The notes under the pieces: generated by a model
The model's input: only the letters and a program-made list of their open reading frames with translations
Told to the model about the DNA's origin: nothing
Databases searched by the model: none
Translations under genes and position numbers: made by a program
Source of the DNA: an uncultured Bryobacter sp.
GTDB taxonomy: Bacteria; Acidobacteriota; Terriglobia; Bryobacterales; Bryobacteraceae
Length of the DNA: 64,000 nt
Assembly (NCBI GenBank): GCA_964494515.1
Contig: CAZBTA010000001.1
Location: forward strand, 14,408-78,407
Reading direction: 5' to 3'
In this document: one piece after another, positions 27,771 to 36,980 of the stretch
Position numbering within the stretch: position 1 is the first letter of the stretch
How the letters are laid out: each line of letters opens with the position of its first letter

Positions 27771-28778
27771 ATGGAAATCCTGCGTCGACGAGCCATCCTG
27801 TTCTTCTCCACCATGGCCGCGCTGATTGCGTTCGGCACGGTGGGCTTTGTCGTCATCGAGAACTACAAGTGGTTCGACGCGCTCTATATGACGGTGATCA
27901 CGCTCACCACCGTCGGCTACTACGAAGTGAAGGCCCTCTCCACCGCCGGTCGCGCCTTCAACATGGTGCTGCTGCTCGGCGGCGTCAACAGCATTCTGTT
28001 CGGCGTGGGGATGATGACCTCCACCATCATCGAACTCCAACTGGATCACTACTTTGATCGAAAGCGCAGGCAACGCATGATTGATTCTCTACACGACCAC
28101 TACATCATCTGTGGCTTTGGCCGCGTGGGCCGTGGCGCCGCCCACGAGCTGATGCGCGCCCGTGTGCCGATTGTCGTGGTGGACAACAATGAAGATCGCA
28201 TCGAGATGGTGATCAAGGCCGGCATGCTCGGCGTGCTCGCTGATTCCACCAAGGACGAAACTCTCCGCGCCGTGCGCATTGATCGCGCGCGTGGCCTTGT
28301 CGCCGCCCTCGCTTCTGACGCCGACAACCTCTTTCTCACGCTCTCGGCCAAGACGCTCAATCCCCGGCTCACCGTCGCCACGCGCGCCAATGAAGACGAA
28401 GCCGCCTCCAAGCTCAAGCGCGCTGGCGCCGACTCGGTTGTCTCACCCTACGGCGTCACCGGCTCGCGCCTCGCGCAATCGCTCGTGCGCCCACACGTCA
28501 CGCAGTTTCTCGACAACGCCATGCTCGACGCCAGTGTTGACGTGGCCATTGAGCAGTTTCGCGTCGATGAGAATTCGCGCTACGTCGGCACTCCCGCGCG
28601 CATTCGCGATATTCGCAAGCAATACAACGTCACCACGCTTGCCGTGCGCCGTGGCGAAGGCGAAATGGTGTTCAACCCCGAAAGCGACCACTCGCTCAGC
28701 GCCGGCGATTACCTGATCGTCATGGGTAGCTCGAGCTCGCTCAAGCAACTCGAGAAACTCTTTGCGGAGCCGCGCTGA
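27771..28778 (+). CDS. 2-TM potassium-channel-like protein with RCK (TrkA-N/TrkA-C) domains and a non-canonical pore filter
   Basis: 335 aa. Pore helix and filter read DALYMTVITLTTVGYYEV. RCK starts at HYIICGFGRVGRG. A C-terminal TrkA-C-like domain is present. Confidence 0.8.
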   Translation: MEILRRRAILFFSTMAALIAFGTVGFVVIENYKWFDALYMTVITLTTVGYYEVKALSTAGRAFNMVLLLGGVNSILFGVGMMTSTIIELQLDHYFDRKRRQRMIDSLHDHYIICGFGRVGRGAAHELMRARVPIVVVDNNEDRIEMVIKAGMLGVLADSTKDETLRAVRIDRARGLVAALASDADNLFLTLSAKTLNPRLTVATRANEDEAASKLKRAGADSVVSPYGVTGSRLAQSLVRPHVTQFLDNAMLDASVDVAIEQFRVDENSRYVGTPARIRDIRKQYNVTTLAVRRGEGEMVFNPESDHSLSAGDYLIVMGSSSSLKQLEKLFAEPR

Positions 28779-30187
28779 TGCACGTCCTGACGCACGAGCA
28801 AATGCGCGCCGCTGACCGTGCCGCGATCGAAGCGGGCATCCCCTCGCTCATCCTCATGGAGAACGCCGCCTATGTGCTGCTGCGTGCTCTCGAAGATCGC
28901 TTTGACGATCTCGCCAGTGAGCGCATCGCCATCTTCTGCGGCAAGGGCAACAACGGCGGCGATGGCCTCGCCCTCGCCCGCTTGCTGCATGTCCACCATC
29001 GCCCCACGCATCTGCTGGTGCTGCTCGCCTACCCGGCAGAGGATCTCTCGCCCGATGCCGCCGCCCAGCTCAAAATGCTCGAGGCCCTCGGCATCCCTTA
29101 CACGATGCAGATCCCGCCTGACCTCGCCGCCACCACCATCGTCGTTGATGCGCTGCTCGGCACGGGCGTCTCGGGCGAGCCCCGCGAACCTGTTGCCACC
29201 TTGATCGCCACCATCAACGCGTTACCACTGGCAACATGCTTGGCCATCGACATCCCCAGCGCCAACGCCATCGCGGCCGACCTCACCATCACCTTTGCCG
29301 CCCCCAAGCCCGAGCACGTCCTCCCACCCACCTGCGATCAGCTGGGCGATCTCGTTATCGGAGATATCGGCATCCCCGCCCATCTTCTCGACGTAGCTAC
29401 GCTCCACCTCACCACACCCGCTGATCTGGCTCCTATCGCCGCCCCTCGCGCGCGCGACTCACATAAGGGCACCTATGGGCACGTTGCGATTCTCGGTGGC
29501 GCTCCCGGCAAGACCGGCGCCCTGCAGTTGGCCGGCACGGCCGCAATCACCGCTGGCGCTGGCTGGGTAACGCTGCTCTCGCCAGACTCAAGCTTCCGCC
29601 CCCATCTGCCAGACCTCATGCAAGCCCCCTGGGGCGCCCCGCTCGATTCCTATCGCGCCATCGCGATTGGCCCGGGCCTGGGAACCGCCGCTGACGCGGG
29701 CGCCCTTGTCGCCGACATCTACGCCCATCACCAATCTCCGGTTGTGCTCGACGCCGATGCGCTCAATCTGCTTGCGCCGCTCACCACTCGCGCCACTTAC
29801 CCGCGCATCCTCACGCCACATCCCGGCGAGATGCGCCGCCTGCTGGGGCGCGACATCGCTGACCGTGTGGCCGACGCCCGCGGCCTTGCCACCAGCACCA
29901 ACACCATCGTTGTCCTCAAGGGTTATCGTACGCTCATCGCCTTCCCGGATGGCCACGTCTGGGTCAACCCCACCGGCTCGCCCGCCCTTGCCAAGGCCGG
30001 CTCAGGCGATGTGCTCACGGGCATGATGGTCGCCCTCATTTCGCAGTTCCCCGCACAGCTGACGCAAGCCGTCCTCGCCGCCGTTTACCTGCATGGCCGT
30101 TGCGGCGAGCTCGCTCACGAGCGCACCAGCCTCGCCTCCACGCTCATCGATCACCTCGCGGAGGCCTTTGATGACCTCGGTGTTTGA
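28778..30187 (+). CDS. nnr: Bifunctional NAD(P)H-hydrate repair enzyme (epimerase / ADP-dependent dehydratase)
   Basis: 469 aa. The YjeF_N part contains CGKGNNGGDGLALARLL. The C-terminal carbohydrate-kinase part contains KGTYGHVAILGG and GSGDVLTGM. Confidence 0.9.
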   Translation: MHVLTHEQMRAADRAAIEAGIPSLILMENAAYVLLRALEDRFDDLASERIAIFCGKGNNGGDGLALARLLHVHHRPTHLLVLLAYPAEDLSPDAAAQLKMLEALGIPYTMQIPPDLAATTIVVDALLGTGVSGEPREPVATLIATINALPLATCLAIDIPSANAIAADLTITFAAPKPEHVLPPTCDQLGDLVIGDIGIPAHLLDVATLHLTTPADLAPIAAPRARDSHKGTYGHVAILGGAPGKTGALQLAGTAAITAGAGWVTLLSPDSSFRPHLPDLMQAPWGAPLDSYRAIAIGPGLGTAADAGALVADIYAHHQSPVVLDADALNLLAPLTTRATYPRILTPHPGEMRRLLGRDIADRVADARGLATSTNTIVVLKGYRTLIAFPDGHVWVNPTGSPALAKAGSGDVLTGMMVALISQFPAQLTQAVLAAVYLHGRCGELAHERTSLASTLIDHLAEAFDDLGV

Positions 30188-30596
30188 GACGCACTCGGCG
30201 GAAGAAACGATCTCCGTCGGCCGCGAGCTCGCCGGCCTGCTGCCGCCGCGCGGCGCCGTGCTGTTGATCGGCAATCTCGGCGCCGGCAAGACCACCCTTG
30301 TGAAGGGCATCGCCTCGGGCCGCGGCATCGCCGAGCCAGAAGAAGTTTCATCTCCCACGTTCCCTCTCGTGCACGAATACGGCGACCCCGCGCGCATCTT
30401 TCACGTCGATCTCTACCGGCTCGAAACCGAGCAGGAAGTGCTCACCCTTGGCCTCGATGAGATGATCGATCGCCGCGCCCTCACCATCATCGAGTGGGGC
30501 GAGCGCTTTCCCCGTCTTTGGCCCGCGGGCACGCCCACCATCACGCTCGAGCACACCGGCGAAAACTCACGTCGCATCACGCTCACGAGCGGATAG
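30171..30596 (+). CDS. tsaE: tRNA t6A biosynthesis ATPase TsaE
   Basis: The start is moved to MTSVFETHS. GNLGAGKTTLVKGIA (P-loop), SPTFPLVHEY and HVDLYRL motifs are present. Confidence 0.88.
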   Translation: MTSVFETHSAEETISVGRELAGLLPPRGAVLLIGNLGAGKTTLVKGIASGRGIAEPEEVSSPTFPLVHEYGDPARIFHVDLYRLETEQEVLTLGLDEMIDRRALTIIEWGERFPRLWPAGTPTITLEHTGENSRRITLTSG

Positions 30597-30608
30597 AATC
30601 AGAGGCTT

Positions 30609-31373
30609 ATGCCTCAACTTGCCCAGAAAACCGCCATCATTACCGGCGGCGCCTCCGGCATTGGTCTTGCCATCGCCACCCGTTTTGCCGCTGAAGGCGC
30701 CTTCGTCGAGATCCTCGATCGCAACGAAGCCGAGATGCAGGCGGCCGTCGCGGCCATTGGCTCCGCCGCCACCGCCACCCTCTGCGACGTGGCCGATCAC
30801 AAGCAGGTCGACGAGGTGATCGATGCGATCCATGCCCGTCGCGGCCGCATCGACATTCTGGTCAACAACGCGGGCATCGCTCACGTCGGCAACGCGCTCA
30901 CCACCACGCCTGAGGACTTTGAACGCGTGCAGCGTGTCAACGTGTTCGGCCCCGCCAATTGCCTGCGCGCCACGCTGCGGCACATGGTCAACGATGGTGG
31001 CGGCGCCATCGTCAATCTCGCCTCCTGCCTCAGCGTGATGGCCATCCCCGATCGCTTCGCCTATGGCACCAGCAAGGGCGCCGTGCTCTCGATGACGTAT
31101 TCAGTGGCCAAGGACTTTCTCGACAAGAACATCCGCTGCAACGCCATCCTGCCGGGCCGCGTACACACACCCTTCGTCGATGGATTCATCGCGCGCAACT
31201 ACGCCGGTCGCGAAGCCGAGATGTTCGACAAGCTCTCCAAGGCCCAACCCATCGGCCGCATGGCTCGCACCGAAGAGATCGCCTACGCCGCGCTGTTTCT
31301 CGCCTCGGACGAAGCCAGCTTCATCACCGGCATCGGCCTGCCCGTCGACGGCGGCACGCTACACATCCGCTAG
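30609..31373 (+). CDS. SDR-family oxidoreductase
   Basis: 254 aa. TGGASGIGLA, NNAGI, YGTSKGAV and PGRVHTP motifs are present. Confidence 0.88.
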   Translation: MPQLAQKTAIITGGASGIGLAIATRFAAEGAFVEILDRNEAEMQAAVAAIGSAATATLCDVADHKQVDEVIDAIHARRGRIDILVNNAGIAHVGNALTTTPEDFERVQRVNVFGPANCLRATLRHMVNDGGGAIVNLASCLSVMAIPDRFAYGTSKGAVLSMTYSVAKDFLDKNIRCNAILPGRVHTPFVDGFIARNYAGREAEMFDKLSKAQPIGRMARTEEIAYAALFLASDEASFITGIGLPVDGGTLHIR

Positions 31374-31678
31374 GCGCAAACGGTAAGCTTCTTCACCGCC
31401 CGCACCTGTTCGCCAAAAACGCTCACCGTGCGGAACCCCTGCTTGCTCAGAAAACCCTCCGGCCCGGTGGCATAAACCATGGCCACCGCGCCGTCCTTTG
31501 CGATCTCTTTCAGGCAGAACATCATCAGATAGCGGCCCAATCCCTGTCGCCGCAGCGACTCGTCCACGCACAGCGTTACGATCTCCGCCGCATTGCCTTC
31601 GACGCGATACGTCGCATGGCCCACCCGGCGGCCTTCATGTTCGAGCTCAACACCGTCACCAACGGCACGAATCTCCAT
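31370..31678 (-). CDS. Small GNAT-family N-acetyltransferase
   Basis: Only the last 102 codons of track ORF 31370-32734 are credible; the rest is antisense to the KAS gene. Sequence is MEIRAVGDG...VDESLRRQGLGRYLM..., where R/Q-x-x-G-x-G/A is an acetyl-CoA site. Confidence 0.65.
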   Translation of the reverse strand: MEIRAVGDGVELEHEGRRVGHATYRVEGNAAEIVTLCVDESLRRQGLGRYLMMFCLKEIAKDGAVAMVYATGPEGFLSKQGFRTVSVFGEQVRAVKKLTVCA

Positions 31679-31702
31679 CACTGTTGATTGTAGAGTGGTG
31701 AA

Positions 31703-32893
31703 ATGCGGAAAGTGGTTGTCACCGGGATGGGCGCCGTAACGGCTTATGGCATGGGCGTCCCTGCCTTCTGGCAGGGTTTGTCTTCTGGCGCCCCGGCGAT
31801 CCATCCCCTGCGCTCGCTGCCACTGGCGGACCTCAAGGTCACCACCGGCGCCGAGTTTGCCGACTTCAACCCCGATCTCCATGTCTCGCGCGAGCATCAG
31901 TTGCTCGCCGATCGCAACGCACAGTTTGCCCTGCTGGCCGCCGCGGAAGCCCTCACCGCCGCTCATCTCGCTCCGCCTCCATCCGCTGCCGTCATCATGG
32001 GCTGCTGCGTCGGCGGCAAGCACATGGAGGACAGCATGTACTGGGAGGTCTATCACGAGCGCAAGACCCGCGTTCATCCCATGACGATCCCTCGCGTAAT
32101 GGCCAATTCCGCCGCCTCGCTCATCGCCATGCAGCACGGCATCGAGGGCCCCGTCTTCACCACCGCTACCGCCTGCTCCTCGGCCAATCACGCCATCGGT
32201 CAGGCGCTCTGGATGATCCGCCAGGGCGTCACCGATGTGGCTCTCGCCGGCGGTAGCGAGTCGCCCTTCGTCTACGGCCTGCTCAAGGCCTGGGAAGCCA
32301 TGCGCGTCGTCTCCCCCGATGTCTGCCGCCCCTTCTCGCTGGGCCGCAAGGGCATGAGCCTTGGCGAGGGAGCCGGCGTTCTTGTGCTCGAAACCGAAGA
32401 ACACGCGCGCGCCCGCTCGGCTCCTATCCTTGCTGAGCTCGCCGGCTTTGGCATGTCCGCCGACGCCCATCACATCACCCAGCCCAAGCCTGAAGGCGCG
32501 GCCGCCGCCATGCGCATGGCGCTCAAGGACGCTGGCCTCGCCCCCGCCGACATCGGCTACGTCAACGCCCACGGCACGGGCACCGGCGCCAACGACCCCG
32601 CCGAATCCCGCGCCATCCAGATGGTGCTTGGTGATGACGTGCTTGTTTCTTCCACCAAGTCTATGCACGGCCATGCGCTCGGCGCCGCGGGCGCGCTCGA
32701 AGCCGTTGCCACCATCCTTGCCCTCCAGCATCACCTTTTGCCCCCCACGGCCAACTTCGAATCCCCCGACCCCGATTGCCCCGTCAACCTCATCGCCAAC
32801 ACCGCCCGCCCGCTTCGCGTCGATGCCGCGCTGTCAAACTCTTTCGCCTTCGGTGGTCTCAACGCTGTCCTCGCCTTTCGCCGCGCCTCCTGA
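31703..32893 (+). CDS. Beta-ketoacyl-ACP synthase (KAS I/II family), second copy in the window
   Basis: 396 aa. VVVTGMGAVT, active-site TACSSANHA, HITQP and NAHGTGT (His-His), and SFAFGGLNAVL are present. Confidence 0.88.
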   Translation: MRKVVVTGMGAVTAYGMGVPAFWQGLSSGAPAIHPLRSLPLADLKVTTGAEFADFNPDLHVSREHQLLADRNAQFALLAAAEALTAAHLAPPPSAAVIMGCCVGGKHMEDSMYWEVYHERKTRVHPMTIPRVMANSAASLIAMQHGIEGPVFTTATACSSANHAIGQALWMIRQGVTDVALAGGSESPFVYGLLKAWEAMRVVSPDVCRPFSLGRKGMSLGEGAGVLVLETEEHARARSAPILAELAGFGMSADAHHITQPKPEGAAAAMRMALKDAGLAPADIGYVNAHGTGTGANDPAESRAIQMVLGDDVLVSSTKSMHGHALGAAGALEAVATILALQHHLLPPTANFESPDPDCPVNLIANTARPLRVDAALSNSFAFGGLNAVLAFRRAS

Positions 32894-32911
32894 CGCAGTA
32901 AAGTTGATGGC

Positions 32912-33670
32912 ATGCAGCGCGTCCCACCAACCCACCCACAAGATCGGGCCCTCGCCGATTTTCTCGGCAGCGTCGATCGTTTTGACAATTTCCTGGGTCA
33001 GGTCAAGAGCCACAATCTCGGCCGCAATATGCGGGTGCTCAAGCTGCTCGCCATCCTCGCGCGGATGAAGCGCGCCGGCATCAAGCTCGACGGCCACGTC
33101 GATTGCGTCGCGGCCCACTTTCAGAACTTCAAATCCTCCCGCCCCAACGAAGCCGCCCACTTTCTCCCCGGCCAGCTCACGATCGGCGCCAAGCCTGTCT
33201 CAAAGCTTGCCAGCACGCCCGCCGTTGTCCGCGCGCTCGAGTTTCTCTTCGCCGAGGTCGAAGACCTGCCCGCCCCCATCAACCACGCTGATAGCGAAGC
33301 CGAGTCCAAGGGCAAGACTCACGGCCTTTGCGCCGCCCTCGTCGCCGCCGTGAATGTCATTCTGCGCGACCCCGCCAATCTCAAAGCCGCCTACGAGGAA
33401 TGGCACCGCAAAGCGATCGCCGCCTTCGAGCACGGCATGCTCAACAAAGGCGCCAAAGAAGGCATCCCCGTGCTCACCTTCGACAGGGATGGCAACATCG
33501 ATCCTGAAGTTCTCGCCCAACGCTCCAACCCCAACCAGACCCTTTGGAATCGCACCGAGTCCACGCGCGTGCTCCACTACTACCTCGAAGACCAGCGCAT
33601 GCGCGGCCTCACCGTTGGCTTGGGAAAGATCCCATCCGTCACACAGGAAGTGGAACTTTTGTTCCGCTAG
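32912..33670 (+). CDS. Hypothetical protein (252 aa)
   Basis: The + frame uses the genome-typical codons (ctc, gcc, atc, aag, ggc, cgc). The competing minus-strand ORFs have the Gly/Val/Asp/Glu-rich look of shadow frames. I recognise no family and the start codon is uncertain. Confidence 0.5.
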   Translation: MQRVPPTHPQDRALADFLGSVDRFDNFLGQVKSHNLGRNMRVLKLLAILARMKRAGIKLDGHVDCVAAHFQNFKSSRPNEAAHFLPGQLTIGAKPVSKLASTPAVVRALEFLFAEVEDLPAPINHADSEAESKGKTHGLCAALVAAVNVILRDPANLKAAYEEWHRKAIAAFEHGMLNKGAKEGIPVLTFDRDGNIDPEVLAQRSNPNQTLWNRTESTRVLHYYLEDQRMRGLTVGLGKIPSVTQEVELLFR

Positions 33671-33704
33671 CGAAACATTTCGCCGCCTTAGTCGTATACC
33701 AGTT

Positions 33705-34751
33705 ATGCTCCGCCGTGCTTTTCTCGCCGCCACCGGTTCTGCTGTCGCCGTGCCGCTGGTTACGATCGAAGGCGAGATCATGGATCGCCTCGCCGACATG
33801 GCGGTGCCGGGCGCTGTGATCGGCGAGCTGCGCGCGGGCAAGCTCGATTCGCTGCGTTGTCTCGGCGTCGCTGAAGCTCAAACGAATCGCGCCGTCCAGC
33901 CCAATACCGTCTTTCAGGCAGCAAGCCTCACCAAGCAGATCATCGCCCACGCCACCTTCCAGCTCGTTCGTCAGGGCAAGCTCGATCTCGCTGCTCCCAT
34001 TGCGCAGTGGTGCCCGGAGCTCAACACCCCTCTCACCAAATCGATCACACTCAAACACCTGCTCAGCCATTCTTCCGGGTTCCCGAACTGGCGCTTTGAG
34101 AAAGGCGTCGCCCTCACTCCCGCCTTCGCGCCCGGCACCGCGTGGCGCTACTCGGGCGAAGGCTATGTCCTCTTGCAGCGCATGCTCGAACAGGTCGGCG
34201 GCAAGGGCATCCAGCCGCTCGTCCATGATCTCGTCTTCGCGCCGCTCGGCATGAAATCCAGCTCCCTCGTCTGGCGCACCGATCTTGTCGAGCGCGCCGC
34301 GTTTCCGCATCACAAGTCTGGTGAGCCAATCCGCCGCTGGTTAAACGTCGCTCGCGATCCCGATCCCCGCTGGCAGCAGCGCTACGAGGATTACTCCGAA
34401 CAACCCGCGGTGCAATCCGTTCCCAACGCCGCCTACAGCCTGCTCACCACGGGTGAAGACTACGCCCGCTTTCTCGCCGCCGCCATTCGCAATCCGCTCA
34501 TCACCTCCCACGAAGTCCGCATCGACGCTCGCCTCGCCTGGGGCCTGGGCTGGGGCATTGAACGCCACGCCGGCCGCACGTTCCTCTGGCAGTGGGGTGA
34601 TAATCCCGGCTTCAAGAATGTGGTCTTCGCCGAGCCCTCTGCGGCCGATGCTATCTTCGTTTTCACCAACTCCGATCATGGCGCTGCTTTTCACAAGTGG
34701 GCAGTCAAAGCAGTCACCGGCGTCGACCATCCCGCCACCGAACGTTTTTAA
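33705..34751 (+). CDS. Beta-lactamase-family serine hydrolase
   Basis: The start is moved to MLRRAFLAATGSAVAV (Tat/Sec-like signal). The S-x-x-K motif is FQAASLTKQ. YSGEGY (Y-x-N/S-like) and WGDNPGF are present. Confidence 0.8.
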   Translation: MLRRAFLAATGSAVAVPLVTIEGEIMDRLADMAVPGAVIGELRAGKLDSLRCLGVAEAQTNRAVQPNTVFQAASLTKQIIAHATFQLVRQGKLDLAAPIAQWCPELNTPLTKSITLKHLLSHSSGFPNWRFEKGVALTPAFAPGTAWRYSGEGYVLLQRMLEQVGGKGIQPLVHDLVFAPLGMKSSSLVWRTDLVERAAFPHHKSGEPIRRWLNVARDPDPRWQQRYEDYSEQPAVQSVPNAAYSLLTTGEDYARFLAAAIRNPLITSHEVRIDARLAWGLGWGIERHAGRTFLWQWGDNPGFKNVVFAEPSAADAIFVFTNSDHGAAFHKWAVKAVTGVDHPATERF

Positions 34752-34774
34752 TTGTTAATCGTCATATTGACGTG

Positions 34775-34802
34775 TTAGCCAATGCGGGCGGGCGTATATA
34801 AT
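34775..34802 (+). promoter_or_regulatory. Candidate sigma70-type promoter of the Rieske/cytochrome b operon
   Basis: TTAGCC-N16-TATAAT in an AT-rich patch, 10 nt upstream of the first ATG. Confidence 0.35.
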
Positions 34803-34812
34803 CAACCCAAAT

Positions 34813-35316
34813 ATGGTTGCTTCAAATGATATGCCCCGTCGCAGCTTCTTCGAGCGCGCTACCCAATTCCTCGGCGCTCTTCTTGCTGGCGGCCTCGGCC
34901 TACCGGCTCTGGTTTATCTGCTCAAGCCCGCAAACACTGTTGCTCCAGGCGGCTATGTTGATGCCGCGGACCTCTCCACCATCAAGCCTCGCATCCCCGA
35001 AGAAGTCACCTTTCAGCGCATTCGCAAAGACGGCTGGAAGCTGATCACCGAGAAATCCACCGCCTGGATCGTCAAGCTCTCCGACACCGAAGTGGTCGCT
35101 TACTCGCCGCAATGCACCCACCTCGGCTGCGCCTATCATTTCAACGAAGCCAAGGGCGAATTCATCTGCCCTTGCCACACCACTAACTTTGCCATTGATG
35201 GCAAAGTACTGAACGGCCCCGCTCCCCGTCCGCTCGATCGCTATCCCGTGCGCGTGCAGGGCAATCGCCTCCTGATCGGCACCATCGAGCCCGCCAGAGA
35301 AGGGAAGAAGGCCTGA
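34813..35316 (+). CDS. Rieske 2Fe-2S subunit of a cytochrome bc-type complex
   Basis: The RRSFFERA motif is Tat-like. CTHLGC...CPCH are the Rieske boxes. An alternative start is the second ATG at 34831. Confidence 0.88.
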   Translation: MVASNDMPRRSFFERATQFLGALLAGGLGLPALVYLLKPANTVAPGGYVDAADLSTIKPRIPEEVTFQRIRKDGWKLITEKSTAWIVKLSDTEVVAYSPQCTHLGCAYHFNEAKGEFICPCHTTNFAIDGKVLNGPAPRPLDRYPVRVQGNRLLIGTIEPAREGKKA

Positions 35317-35317
35317 T

Positions 35318-36925
35318 ATGATCCGTTCCTTACTCAACTGGGTGGAAGATAGAACCGGTCTTGTCTCGACCGTGAATCATTTCATGGATGAGGAGATCCC
35401 CGCCAGCTCCGGTTGGCATCAGGTCTTTGGTTCCGTGGCGATGTTCATGTTTCTCGTGCAGGTGTTCACCGGCATCATGCTCGCCTTGAATTACGGGCCC
35501 ACGCCGGGCGAGGCCTATCACAGCGTCCGTTACATCATGAGCGAGCTCACCGGCGGCGTGCTCATCCGCGGGCTGCACCACTGGGGCGCCTCGGCCATGG
35601 TCATCATCGTCGTGCTCCACATGATCCAGGTCTACATCTGGGGCGCTTACAAGAAGCCGCGCGAAGCCACCTGGCTCGCCGGCGTGGTGCTCCTGCTGTT
35701 CACGCTCGCCTTCGCGCTCACTGGTTACCTCCTGCCCTGGGATAACCGCGCTTACTGGGGCACGGTGGTCACCACGCAGATCGCCGCCGGCGTCCCCGTC
35801 ATGGGGCCGTATGTGCTGCGGCTGATGGGCGCCGAGGATGGTGTCGGTGTTGTCACTTTCGCCCGCTTCTATGCGGCGCACGTGCTGATCCTGCCGGCCG
35901 TCACCGCTCTGCTGATCCTCTTCCACGTCTACCTCGTGCGCCGTCACGGCGTCGCCCCCGAGCCCGGCGATGAGCTGCTGCCCAAGCAGAAGTTTTATCC
36001 GAAACAGGTCTTCAAAGATACCGTCGCGATCTTTGCCGTCTTTGCCACGCTGTTCACGCTGGCCATCGTCGTCAAGGCTCCTCTGGGCCGCCTCGCTGAC
36101 CCCACCGACACCAGCTACATCCCGCGCCCCGAATGGTATTTCCAGTTCCTCTTCCAGTTGCTCAAGTATTGCGAGGGCCCGCTGGAGATCTTCGCCACCG
36201 TTGTGCTGCCCGGCCTTGCCGTGGGTGGCCTGATGGCGGTGCCGTTTATTGATCGCGCGCCCGCCGTCAAGTTCACCAAGCGCACCACCGCCATGGCCGT
36301 GGTCCTGCTGGCGGCGATCGGCTGGTCGGGCCTCACGGCCGCCGCGATCCTTGAAACTCCGAAGGAAGCCGCAATTGCTGAAGCCATGGGCCCTATGGAC
36401 TGGGTCCAGCTCACTCCCACCGAACTCGCCGGTGTTGGCTACTACAAGCTTGAGAATTGTGCCCAGTGCCACACGCTCGGCCTTGCTGACGAAGGCAAGC
36501 CCGGCCCCAATCTCGGCGCCAGCGGCGTCTCACACGATGTCGCCTGGATGGTGGCCCACTTCAGAAAGCCAACGACCCCCATGTCGTCGATGAATCTCAA
36601 GCCAGCCGAGCAGAATGCCCTGGCCTCGTTCCTCGTCAAGCTCACGCCGCAGAACTCCATCAAGATGACCGAGGTGCCGGAGTTTGCCTGGCGTGGCGCG
36701 ATTGTCTACCAGAAGAGCCAGTGCGGCTTGTGCCATACGATCAATGGCGCCGGCACCAATAACGGCCCGCCCCTCAATGGCCTCGCCAAGCGGCGCAAGG
36801 CAGAGTGGGTGAAGGAGCACTTCCTCGACCCGCAGAAGTTCGACGCCGAATCCACCATGCCCGCCTACAAGTTCAACGAAGCGGACATGAATAACATCAC
36901 GGAATATTTAATGGCGCTGCCCTAG
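35318..36925 (+). CDS. Cytochrome b fused to a C-terminal di-haem cytochrome c domain
   Basis: 535 aa. The N-terminal cytochrome b/b6 fold contains GWHQVFGS..., RGLHHWGASAMVIIVVLHM and LLPWD. Two CxxCH motifs are present: CAQCH (36458-36472) and CGLCH (36722-36736). Confidence 0.88.
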   Translation: MIRSLLNWVEDRTGLVSTVNHFMDEEIPASSGWHQVFGSVAMFMFLVQVFTGIMLALNYGPTPGEAYHSVRYIMSELTGGVLIRGLHHWGASAMVIIVVLHMIQVYIWGAYKKPREATWLAGVVLLLFTLAFALTGYLLPWDNRAYWGTVVTTQIAAGVPVMGPYVLRLMGAEDGVGVVTFARFYAAHVLILPAVTALLILFHVYLVRRHGVAPEPGDELLPKQKFYPKQVFKDTVAIFAVFATLFTLAIVVKAPLGRLADPTDTSYIPRPEWYFQFLFQLLKYCEGPLEIFATVVLPGLAVGGLMAVPFIDRAPAVKFTKRTTAMAVVLLAAIGWSGLTAAAILETPKEAAIAEAMGPMDWVQLTPTELAGVGYYKLENCAQCHTLGLADEGKPGPNLGASGVSHDVAWMVAHFRKPTTPMSSMNLKPAEQNALASFLVKLTPQNSIKMTEVPEFAWRGAIVYQKSQCGLCHTINGAGTNNGPPLNGLAKRRKAEWVKEHFLDPQKFDAESTMPAYKFNEADMNNITEYLMALP

Positions 36926-36945
36926 AGCAGCGCCATTGAGTTTTT
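36910..36945 (+). terminator. Intrinsic terminator overlapping the cytochrome b/c stop codon
   Basis: An 11-bp perfect stem AATGGCGCTGC-cctaga-GCAGCGCCATT, then GAGTTTTT. Confidence 0.7.
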
Positions 36946-36980
36946 ACGGAGGAGAAAAATTCGGCGTCCGGTTATGAGAC

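Noticed and set aside
31679-32734. The upstream 352 codons of the 454-aa minus ORF 31370-32734
   Set aside because: This part is antisense to the KAS gene. Only the last 102 codons form a coherent GNAT domain with its own ATG.
32834-33841. Minus-strand ORFs 32834-33160 and 33200-33841 as alternatives to the + hypothetical gene 32912-33670
   Set aside because: Their third-position GC and codon choice are poorer than in the + frame, and the translation is Gly/Val/Asp/Glu-rich. The call remains only moderately confident.
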